A stretch of DNA of 6,738 nucleotides from Octopus sinensis (GCF_006345805.1 NW_021829189.1:1-6738); one strand, 5' to 3'. Positions 1 through 6,738 are shown, numbered from the stretch's first letter. Program-made: numbers and translations. The notes: generated by a model not told the origin, from the letters alone.

Positions 1-71
1 AGTTCTACGGAAAGACCACTGTTAAAGTTCTGGTTGAATAACAGCATGATTGAGGAGTCTTATGTGGATCG

Positions 72-233
72 TGTGTGAGCGTGTATATGTTAAATAAAAT
101 AAGATAACAAGGCCAAGGTAATGTGATATTTCTAGGACATTTAGAAATAGAAAGGTTGTCTTACAGCTGTTTCAAGGAAATAAATGATCTACCATCAACA
201 GAGACGAGTTAAAAGAGCTTCAATAGAAGAATT
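72..233 (-). mobile_element. HHR-bearing short repeat, family A, copy 1 (probable PLE terminal-repeat relic)
   Basis: Reverse complement of 108-215 aligns ungapped to 440-547 at 95/108 identity by hand count. Looser similarity extends to about 72-233 and ends in a CA-rich tract. Confidence 0.7.
158..205 (-). ncRNA. Degenerate minimal type-I hammerhead motif
   Basis: Minus strand reads GTCT-CTGTTGA-T-GGTAGATCATTTATTTCCTT-GAAAC-AGCT-GTA-AGAC. Stem I GTCT/AGAC is perfect and stem III is palindromic (ACAGCTGT), but core A6 is T and stem II barely pairs. Confidence 0.5.
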
Positions 234-420
234 CTTATTGGAATTTACATATCAGGGAAAAGAAGCCTCGTTACCTATTCTACACAGCACATTTCTTGGA
301 TTAGGGAACAGCAAATTTAGCATTCAACATGTATTTTTATTTTCATATTTTCTGCTTTACATCTAATTTCTTGTATATCTCTACCTTTCCAAAATAACTT
401 CTTATAAAATGAACTCTACT

Positions 421-578
421 AACTCCTTCAACAGAATCCCTTTTAACTCGTTTCTGATGATGAGACTCCATTTATTTCCCTGAAACAGCTGTAAGACCAC
501 CTTTCTATTTATAAATGTCCAAGAAATATCACATTGCCTTGTCCTTGATATTTTATATAACACACACACATACACACA
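421..578 (+). mobile_element. HHR-bearing short repeat, family A, copy 2
   Basis: Inverted homolog of 72-233, ending in (CA)n at about 559-578. Confidence 0.7.
450..497 (+). ncRNA. Minimal type-I hammerhead motif (intact core, decayed stem II)
   Basis: GTTT-CTGATGA(454-460)-T-GAGACTCCATTTATTTCCCT-GAAAC-AGCT-GTA-AGAC. Canonical CUGAUGA, GAAA and GUA triplet; stem I pairs with one G-U; stem II is poorly paired. Confidence 0.6.
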
Positions 579-647
579 TATATATGTGTCTGACCACCTC
601 AGTCCGGCCATCACCATGATTGACCGCTAGCCACTAAAGCTTTTTTT

Positions 648-652
<5 letters not shown>

Positions 653-702
<50 letters not shown>
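653..702. repeat. (CT)25 microsatellite
   Basis: Perfect dinucleotide run. Confidence 0.98.
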
Positions 703-706
<4 letters not shown>

Positions 707-854
707 ATTTTCTCGTGTTTCTTTTTGTTGAATAACGTAAGCTCCAAACGTAAAAGACTTTCTCACCTTCCCGAGCGTTAAACAAATACACCTGTTTCTT
801 GTTTACACACCTGTCTTCGTGTTTTGTTGGGGTTTTTTTTTGTAAATTCCAACC
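703..854 (+). mobile_element. Short repeat unit, family B, with heavily decayed hammerhead (721-756), ending in (TA)n
   Basis: CTTT-TTGTTGA-A-TAAC-GTAA-GCTC-CAAA-CG-TA-AAAG has nearly the same spacing as the family C hammerhead (4-nt instead of 3-nt loop II), with perfect stem I CTTT/AAAG. About 100 nt later comes (TA)n at 855-868. Confidence 0.45.
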
Positions 855-868
855 ATATATATATATAT

Positions 869-1040
869 AAAGTTAATCCAAACATGAAAGCTCAAAAAAA
901 CACAACAACGCGAGGACGTGGAACAAATATAGTATTATTGGATGCTCAGGAAAGAAGGAAAGAAGGAGGGTTTAACGTTTCGAGCGGAGCTCTTCGTCGG
1001 AAACATAGGAGAAGGAAAGATCCAGAGAAGGGAAGACAGA
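869..1040 (-). mobile_element. HHR-bearing short repeat, family C, copy 1
   Basis: Reverse complement aligns with 1697-1860. The ORF track shows the shared peptide SPMFPTKSSARNVKP on opposite strands. The 3' end runs into (TA)n at 855-868. Confidence 0.75.
970..1004 (-). ncRNA. Minimal type-I hammerhead, variant core CCGACGA, GUU triplet
   Basis: Minus strand reads GTTT-CCGACGA-A-GAGC-TCC-GCTC-GAAA-CG-TT-AAAC. Stems I and II are perfect; stem III is the loopless ACGT palindrome. Confidence 0.65.
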
Positions 1041-1361
1041 GGGGAAAAAATCGCCAACGGTACACACGCATATATATATGAAGTCTTCTTTCGGTCCTTG
1101 TATCTGCACTTTGGAAAGTTCTCCAAAGCACATGCTTCATTCACGCATGTGTTGACAAAATTCGTCTTCGCAGGCTGGTAGTTAGAATACAGTATTCAAA
1201 ATGCTATTTAGACAGGAATACGTCTGACGTTTGCATTCACCGCTGCTGGCACGGTTTCCGTCTCCCACTGGTATACATGCATATTCTCTTCACGCGGACG
1301 AATATTGCAATATGTTTTGCTTATCACAATGCATTTATGTTAAATATGATATATGAAAAGC

Positions 1362-1414
1362 TGCGTGCGTGCGTGTGTGCGCGCGTGCGTGTGTGTGCAC
1401 GTGCTTGCGCGTGC
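1362..1414. repeat. Mixed (TGCG)n/(TG)n alternating purine-pyrimidine tract
   Basis: Seen directly. Confidence 0.9.
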
Positions 1415-1500
1415 GAGTAAGACATTTGCACCCAAGATATGGCGCTGTGGGACTGAATCCAGACAGTGGCAAAGAATCTTTTATACCCAAACAAACTCCC
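1415..1500 (-). mobile_element. Decayed tRNA-derived SINE-like head fragment
   Basis: Minus strand has B-box-like GGATTCAGTCCC followed by CTTGGGTGCAAATGTCTT, resembling the CTTGGGCAAGTGTCTT segment of invertebrate SINEs (recalled). No clear A-box. Confidence 0.4.
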
Positions 1501-1544
1501 AGTGTACATATGTGTTGGGGCCGTTTGCGTGTGGTGTGCATGTA

Positions 1545-1547
<3 letters not shown>

Positions 1548-1625
<78 letters not shown>

Positions 1626-1696
1626 GTATATATGTATGTAATATATGTATACATATGTGTGTGTGTGGTATACATACATAAATATGTATATATATA
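1548..1696. repeat. (TA)n and compound (TATG)/(TG) microsatellite
   Basis: About 70 bp near-perfect (TA)n followed by a mixed tract. Confidence 0.97.
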
Positions 1697-1860
1697 TCTG
1701 TCCTCCCGTCACGGGATCTTTCTTTCTCCTATGTTTCCGACGAAGAGCTCCGCTCGAAACGTCAAACCTCCTTCTTCCTTTTTTTCTGAGCGTCCAATAA
1801 TCTTTATTTGTTCCACATCCTTGCGTTGTTGTCTTTTTGTTTTCTTGTTTGGATAACTTT
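1697..1860 (+). mobile_element. HHR-bearing short repeat, family C, copy 2
   Basis: Inverted homolog of 869-1040, flanked by (TA)n on both sides. Confidence 0.75.
1733..1767 (+). ncRNA. Minimal type-I hammerhead, variant core CCGACGA, GUC triplet
   Basis: GTTT(1733-36)-CCGACGA-A-GAGC-TCC-GCTC-GAAA(1756-59)-CG-TC-AAAC(1764-67). Predicted cleavage is after C1763. Confidence 0.7.
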
Positions 1861-1879
1861 ATATATATATATATATATA

Positions 1880-1952
<73 letters not shown>
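1861..1952. repeat. (TA)n followed by (AG)21
   Basis: Seen directly. Confidence 0.98.
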
Positions 1953-1956
<4 letters not shown>

Positions 1957-2786
1957 AAGAGAGATATAACTTAAGTAATATTAGAGAGAGAATGAGAGAT
2001 TTCAAAAATATTGAAAGTTACTGGCATTCAATACACACATACACATTAACCTATATATGTCTGCTGTGGTTTTAGTCTCATCGTGTACCATCTACAGCAA
2101 TTATTTTCTACTCTAGTCCCGAACTAATCAATATCTTGTGAATTTTGTGGATGGAATTTATTTGGAGAAAAGAAGAAGTGTATTCCCACGCAGGAAAGAA
2201 TATAGTAGAGTTGGTTTGGTGGGGTTGAAAATGCACCTGAGTTTTAAAACATTGTAGTTTTAAAAGTTTCTAACAGATTTATTAAAATACCAAACCGGTT
2301 TCGACAATTTTCTATATATTTTTTTTTTTTTAAGTTTAGGAGAGAAAATTCGGGGGTGAAAATTACAAGAGAAACTTCGGAAAAACTTGCTTAACGATCA
2401 AATGTTCATACGACTCTCAAAATTCAATAAGTTTCACTGAGATAGACAGTAACACAAGTTCAAATGTTCGATGAATTTCATAATAATCAAACATGACTGA
2501 AAGTTGATGAAGTTTTTAAAGAACAAGAAATACAGAAAATAAAGAAAAAAAATTTTTTACAATTTCTGTCGTAATGCATGAAGGAGGATTCATCGTCACA
2601 GGTTTTGCTGGTGAGATCTTGAACTGTTTCAAGCTAAAATTGCATTATATATAATAGTTTTTAAGGTGAAGGTTCCAATTCTAATTGGCTGTAACTTTAA
2701 CGACGTTGCTTCTTTTTGCCTGCGTGCGCGTCTAGTATTTTAGCTGACTGACTGCCTGCATGTCTCTTGCTTTTCAGATGTTCTTG

Positions 2787-3030
2787 TCACTTATTTTGCT
2801 TTGACAGAAATCCAGCGTTCTGGTTGGTTGACCTCCTGGTGACATCATTTGTTTATCGACTGTTTTACTCACTTGTTTTTAGCCAGTAGAGATCCAGTGC
2901 TCTGGCTGGTTGATTTTCTGCATACGTCATCTATTTTTGTCAAAGGTCTTGATAACTTTTTTTTGTCTGACGGTCGTCCAGCGTCCTGGCTGGTTGGTCC
3001 CATTAAGAAGTCACGGGTCTCGGTCAGCTC
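2787..3030. repeat. Diverged 3-copy tandem repeat, period 82-84 bp
   Basis: TCCAGYGYYCTGGYTGGTTG at 2811, 2893 and 2977. Weaker similarity extends upstream (TCACTT/TCACTT/TAACTT) and downstream. Confidence 0.75.
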
Positions 3031-3278
3031 AATATTTATTTTTCTTTCCTGAAGGTCCAGTTTTTACAAAAGAAAAAATCAAATTGGTTAGGTCGAGGAT
3101 AACATCAGCATTCGGTGTTTGAGAAGGTGCAAAGTGTTAATGTACAGCAGTTTGGAGTTAGGGTTTCGAATCTCGGAGACAACCAGTATCCTAAACCTTT
3201 GATTTATGTCTGTTGTTTCTAATCGTTTTTTACGAATAATCTGAGTTTTCTCCTTCTGGTATGTTATAGAGTATATTC

Positions 3279-3474
3279 TTGTGGTTTATATTCTTTAATA
3301 AGCATATTTTCCTTATTCCATCGGAATTGGGTTCAAATGTTTCCGGTGCAGAGGAAAAATTTGGCAGTTTGGATATTTGTTCGCGACACCGAGATCTAGG
3401 TGTTTACTTGCGGGAATTTTCCTAGTTGTGCGATCCCGAATCTGTTGCTTGTGTACTATCATTCTGTCTCTCAA
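3279..3474 (-). pseudogene. C-terminal fragment of a Penelope-like GIY-YIG endonuclease, frameshifted
   Basis: LRDRMIVHKQQIRDRTTRKIPASKHLDLGVANKYPNCQIFPL, then in another frame QFRWNKENMLIKEYKP (3329-3282). This matches the recalled PLE pattern LR.R...H...I...HL...IFP...R..KE..I..YKP.LN. The N-terminal GIY/YIG motifs are absent and the terminal LN is lost. Confidence 0.65.
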
Positions 3475-3528
3475 ATACAAACTTTTAAGACTCAGGTATA
3501 TTTTCAACCTCCAAAACCAAGTCCCCTA

Positions 3529-3627
3529 TGTGTGTGTGTGTGTATGTGTGTGTGTGTGTGTGTGGTGTGGTGTGTGTGTGTGTGTGTGTGTGTGTATGCA
3601 TGCATGCACGTACTTGTGTATGTATGT
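3529..3627. repeat. (TG)n / (TATG)n microsatellite
   Basis: Seen directly. Confidence 0.95.
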
Positions 3628-3698
3628 ATGCGTGTGCATAATTATTCGTTTCTTTATTTCTACTTGATAACAGATGCCGGTTGTTTAGGTTGTCATAA

Positions 3699-3728
3699 TA
3701 CAGCGTTTCGTCAAAGGGAGCTCGACAG
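3699..3728 (-). ncRNA. Degenerate hammerhead-like motif
   Basis: Minus strand reads CTGTCGA-GCTC-CCTTT-GA-C-GAAAC-GCT-GTA. It needs A6 restored plus one G in stem II and one A in stem III; stem I is weak. Confidence 0.3.
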
Positions 3729-3792
3729 AATATGTACCAGACTTAAATATATACTGTAATCTAATTGTTTCGCTACACCTTCCAATGCGTTG

Positions 3793-3833
3793 CCCCAGCA
3801 TGGCCGACCATAACAAGTAAAAGAATAGCAAAG
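3793..3833 (+). mobile_element. Possible SINE 3' tail fragment
   Basis: CCAGCATGGCCG...AACAAGTAAAAGAATA resembles a recalled octopus SINE 3' end; short and unverified. Confidence 0.3.
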
Positions 3834-3884
3834 AAAAATGCTATATGTAAATATTATATGCACGCTTCAACATGTTTGTATGTA

Positions 3885-3955
3885 TATATGTATATATGTA
3901 GACACGTATGTATGTATTTATGGATGGATGGATGTATAGATGGATGGATGGATGG
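3885..3955. repeat. (TATG)n / (GATG)n tetranucleotide tract
   Basis: Seen directly. Confidence 0.85.
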
Positions 3956-3991
3956 TGTTCGCGCATTTGAAACTTTAGCGACATCGCTTCC

Positions 3992-4040
3992 ACTAAGACT
4001 CTATAGAGGTTTCGTTCAGGCGGAAATGACGTCAGTTGGC
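3992..4040 (-). ncRNA. Degenerate hammerhead-like motif with hairpin stem III
   Basis: Minus strand reads GCCAA-CTGACG-TCATTTCCGCCTGAAC-GAAA-C-CTC-TATA-GAG-TC-TTAGT. Several small deletions are needed to restore it. Confidence 0.3.
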
Positions 4041-4097
4041 TTCAACATGCTCGTTGTGAAAACAGGAAGTCTACACAGAAACCTCAGCTAATTAGAG

Positions 4098-4250
4098 TAT
4101 GCGTGCGCGCGTGCATGTGTATGTGTGTGTGTGAGAAAGAGAGACAGACAGACAGAGTGACAGACAATGTGTGTGTGTGTGTCTGTGTGTGTGTGTCTGT
4201 GTGTGTGTGTGTGTGTGAGTGCGCGCGCGTGTGTGTACACGTTTGTGTGT
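4098..4250. repeat. Compound (TG)n/(GA)n/(GACA)n/(CG)n microsatellite
   Basis: Seen directly. Confidence 0.93.
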
Positions 4251-4260
4251 CTTTGTATGA

Positions 4261-4352
4261 GGTGACACGTGTTGCAATAGTCAGGGTATTGGACCAACGA
4301 TCGTGATATTATGGACATACTGTGTCCTTCAGCAAGATACTTCATTCCATGA
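4261..4352 (+). mobile_element. Decayed tRNA-derived SINE-like fragment (B-box region missing)
   Basis: A tRNA-like start GGTGACACGTG..TAGTCAGGGTATTGGAC is followed by TGTGTCCTTCAGCAAGATACTT, resembling the common SINE segment GTGTCCTTGAGCAAGACACTT (recalled). Confidence 0.45.
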
Positions 4353-4505
4353 TGATCCAGTCTTTACTGAAAAGTGGTTACAAGCAGCTACTAAGGCGTT
4401 TAATCTTACGACAGACCGGTACCTAGTTCAGAGCGCAATCTTGTTATTCCTTCTTGGAGTAAAATAAACTCCAGTCTACAGGCTTGAAACTTTAACTTTC
4501 TGCTT

Positions 4506-4525
4506 GGGTGGTGGGTGGGGGTGGG
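4506..4525 (+). other. Canonical G-quadruplex motif
   Basis: GGG-TGGT-GGG-T-GGGGG-T-GGG. Confidence 0.6.
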
Positions 4526-4589
4526 CATGTAGGTGGAGGGGGTAATTTATGGAATGACGAGGGAACAGGAATTATGAAATCTCTTCATT

Positions 4590-4633
4590 AGCTTACAGAT
4601 GTTTCTGCTATAAATTGCAGTGCCCTCAGAGGT
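4590..4633 (-). ncRNA. Degenerate hammerhead-like motif of the GAAACAGCTGTAAG type
   Basis: Minus strand reads ACCT-CTGAGGG-CAC-TGC-AATTTATA-GCA-GAAAC-ATCT-GTA-AGCT. The 3' half is 1 mismatch from family A. Confidence 0.4.
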
Positions 4634-4774
4634 GAGTGCTTGCGTGTCACCTCAAAACTTCCCCAGAGCCTTAAAAGTTAATCCCATATTACTGTACTCG
4701 CCGAACGCTTTATCCTAAAGCATATGAATGGTGAGTTCTAAGAGCAGGTTATTTGTATCGGTATGCCAAAGAAA

Positions 4775-4775
<1 letters not shown>

Positions 4776-4825
<50 letters not shown>

Positions 4826-4860
4826 TGTGTGTGTGTGTATGTGTGCGCGCATGCGTGTGT
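4776..4860. repeat. (TG)n/(TGCG)n microsatellite
   Basis: Seen directly. Confidence 0.95.
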
Positions 4861-5017
4861 ATCTGGTAGACGTACGATGTAAGAGCGCAACTTTCATGCA
4901 TGTCTGATGAAGTGCTACTCTAATGTCTAAAACCACAAATATTATGTAAATTTTCACCTCGAATTTTTGCGTAAACTGGTGTTGCAAACAGAGTTGCTAC
5001 AGAAAAAATTGTAATGA

Positions 5018-5089
5018 ATACATACATACATACATACATGCATGCATGCATATGTATATATGTGTATACATCATACATACATACATACA

Positions 5090-5120
<31 letters not shown>

Positions 5121-5304
5121 TATATGTATGTATATATATGTATATATTGTATATATATATATATAATATATATATTATATATATATGTATACATATATAT
5201 ATATATGTGTGTGTGGTATTATATATATCTATATATATATATGTATACATATATATCTATATATATTATATGTGTGTGTATGTGTGTGTGTGTGTGTGTG
5301 TGAA

Positions 5305-5352
<48 letters not shown>
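5018..5352. repeat. Compound (CATA)n/(TA)n/(TG)n microsatellite block
   Basis: Seen directly. Confidence 0.97.
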
Positions 5353-5354
<2 letters not shown>

Positions 5355-5499
5355 CGGGATTTTAAATTCTTGACAAATTTGGATCGTATCTTGGGACGAC
5401 TAAAGCGATTCTGTCGTGTTGGAATGTTTGTAACCAATGTTATGCACTATATTTTTGTAAGTGTGCAGTGTATACGTACGTACGTGGGCATGTATCATC

Positions 5500-5507
5500 T
5501 ATGTATG

Positions 5508-5552
<45 letters not shown>

Positions 5553-5632
5553 TGTGTGTGTGCCTGTGTATGTATGTACGTTCGTATATATGTATGTGTT
5601 TGCGTGTGTATGTACTTGTCGTTGCGTGTATG
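5500..5632. repeat. (TG)n/(TATG)n microsatellite
   Basis: Seen directly. Confidence 0.93.
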
Positions 5633-5873
5633 TGAGAGAAATAAAATGGAAGGGTCAATTAATTATGTCCAAGGCTGGTGTGCTCAATAATGTAGAGAAA
5701 AGAGTTAATTTTTTTCGAGATTTCCCTGAAAGTATGAAACGCGAAACAAATTTTTTAAAGATTCTCAAAAGGAAAATGAGAAGATAATTTCAAGAAATGA
5801 GAAATGTGCTTTTCGAGTTACCTCGTATCCTTGGGAAAAGGCAGTCTTTTATTTGTTGCCATCAAAGCGTCAA

Positions 5874-6279
5874 TCTTTTTTATATATAAAAGAGAAGTTG
5901 TGTGTCTGTCTCCTACGATTTAGATTCCTAACTACTCCCACATTTTGCGGTGCAGTTTAACCAAAACCGGGTATCTTATAGTCGTGATTCATATCGAGCC
6001 CTTCTGGGTATTAGCGCGCGTCTACGATGAGTCTACGATTTAAAAAATAATTTACCATCATTTTCTTCCATTTTAATGCATTTTTATCGCTATTATATAA
6101 GGGAAGTAACTCTCTAAAAATGTCTACGATGAGTCAACGATTTAAAAAAAAATTTACCATCATATTTTTTCCATTTTTAATGCATTTTTTTTTTTTGCTA
6201 TTTTTGGCTATAACTCTCTAAAAATGCTTATACAGTTATTTCCCTTACAAACCCGAGCAACGCCGGACGATACTGCTAG
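5874..6279 (+). mobile_element. Non-autonomous Helitron-like element, 406 bp
   Basis: 5' TC at 5874 follows A5873 (TCTTTTTTATATATAAAAG). A subterminal GC hairpin CCG-A-GC-AAC-GC-CGG lies at 6253-6266, and 3' CTAG (6276-6279) is followed by T. This gives an A|T junction with no TSD. Confidence 0.75.
6020..6225. repeat. Internal 2-copy tandem duplication (~102 bp) in the Helitron-like element
   Basis: Copies start GTCTACGATGAGTC at 6020 and 6122, and both end AACTCTCTAAAAAT. Confidence 0.9.
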
Positions 6280-6738
6280 TTATATATATAATTTTTAAAT
6301 ATCCATTTTTCAGAAAGTTATACAGAAACAAAGTCAAGTGGCGGGTACGCTTCTTTGTTATACAGAATATAAACAGAAACGTTAAAAAACATTCAGACAT
6401 TAAGATAACTATGTTGCAGTGAATAAAGCGTTTTGTGATTGAATCATGAAGTTTAAATCTTCAAACCAGATTCTGATTTTTAAAATATATTAAAATTGGA
6501 ATTTATAAAAGTTTTCTAACAGGGTAGACTTTAATAATTGATTTCGTTTAGTAAAACTTACATTTTCCAAATTTACTAATAGGCAGCTTTCTTTATCATA
6601 GTATAGAATATCTTTTAGGCATGCGTAACGTTCATAATTGAAAATAAAAAAAAAAGCTAAGAGTGCCAATGGTAGGAATTTAGGTAAAGTAGATTAAGGA
6701 CTGTTGTATGCAATAACTGTTTATTAGCTGTTTCAAAT

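Larger units (their letters stand above)
2202..3529. mobile_element. Composite segment bounded by ~55 bp inverted repeats (possible non-autonomous DNA transposon carrying a PLE fragment)
   Basis: 2202-2256 vs reverse complement of 3476-3529 gives 44/55 identity with one gap. TA is present at 2203-2204 and 3527-3528. Confidence 0.45.

Noticed and set aside
1148-1174. Minus-strand CCTGCGAAGACGAATTTTGTCAACA, hammerhead-like hairpin
   Set aside because: It needs deletions in both core strands and has no stem III or stem I.
1082-1420. 112-codon stop-free frame on the plus strand not in the ORF track
   Set aside because: No early start codon, no recognisable motif, and it ends in a microsatellite; compatible with chance.
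2064-2097. Minus-strand CTGTAGATGGT...ACTAAAACCACAG, sharing CTAAAACCACA with 4927-4937
   Set aside because: Two core positions are wrong and there is no stem I or cleavage triplet.
2744-2780. Strong-looking splice acceptor (CTGAC branch, pyrimidine tract, CAG|ATG)
   Set aside because: No supporting exon or donor was identified, and the ATG frame stops after 8 codons. It would need RNA-seq.
2811-2996. CRISPR-like look of a 20-nt motif at regular spacing
   Set aside because: The intervening sequences are mutually homologous and ~62 nt long, there are only three imperfect copies, the context is eukaryotic and there are no cas genes.
3248-3280. Minus-strand peptide KNILYNIPEGE resembling LINE ORF1 'N.I.YGIPE'
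   Set aside because: Too short, and it is followed by stops without further similarity.
4904-4948. Perfect CTGATGAAG followed by CTAAAACCACA
   Set aside because: No GAAA and no pairing of stems I-III, so it cannot be supported as a hammerhead.
1335-5787. Many 60-125 aa ORFs in the track (YIYI, CVCV, THTH repeats)
   Set aside because: They are stop-free only because they cross microsatellites and show no protein-like composition.
5641-5787. Non-repetitive ORF tail IKWKGQLIMSKAGVLNNVEKRVNFFRDF...
   Set aside because: No recognisable domain, splice context or start codon outside the microsatellite.
6721-6738. TTATTAGCTGTTTCAAAT resembling the family A 3' half on the minus strand
   Set aside because: The GTA triplet is absent and the rest would lie outside the window.

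Overview
AT-rich eukaryotic, non-coding, repeat-saturated DNA with no intact protein-coding gene. Nearly all supplied ORFs are microsatellite artefacts (YIYI, CVCV, THTH). The repeat style resembles cephalopod (octopus-like) genomes; this is recalled resemblance, not a database result. The main signal is a cluster of minimal type-I hammerhead-ribozyme (HHR) motifs: two structurally complete copies with a shared variant core (970-1004 minus, 1733-1767 plus), two decayed copies of a second family (158-205 minus, 450-497 plus), and four more-degenerate candidates. Five of these motifs sit in ~150-170 bp units ending in microsatellites, and four form two head-to-head inverted pairs. A frameshifted C-terminal fragment resembling a Penelope-like element (PLE) GIY-YIG endonuclease (3279-3474 minus) lies inside a ~1.3 kb segment bounded by ~55 bp inverted repeats with outer TA. 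A 406 bp non-autonomous Helitron-like element (5874-6279) and several decayed SINE-like fragments are also present.
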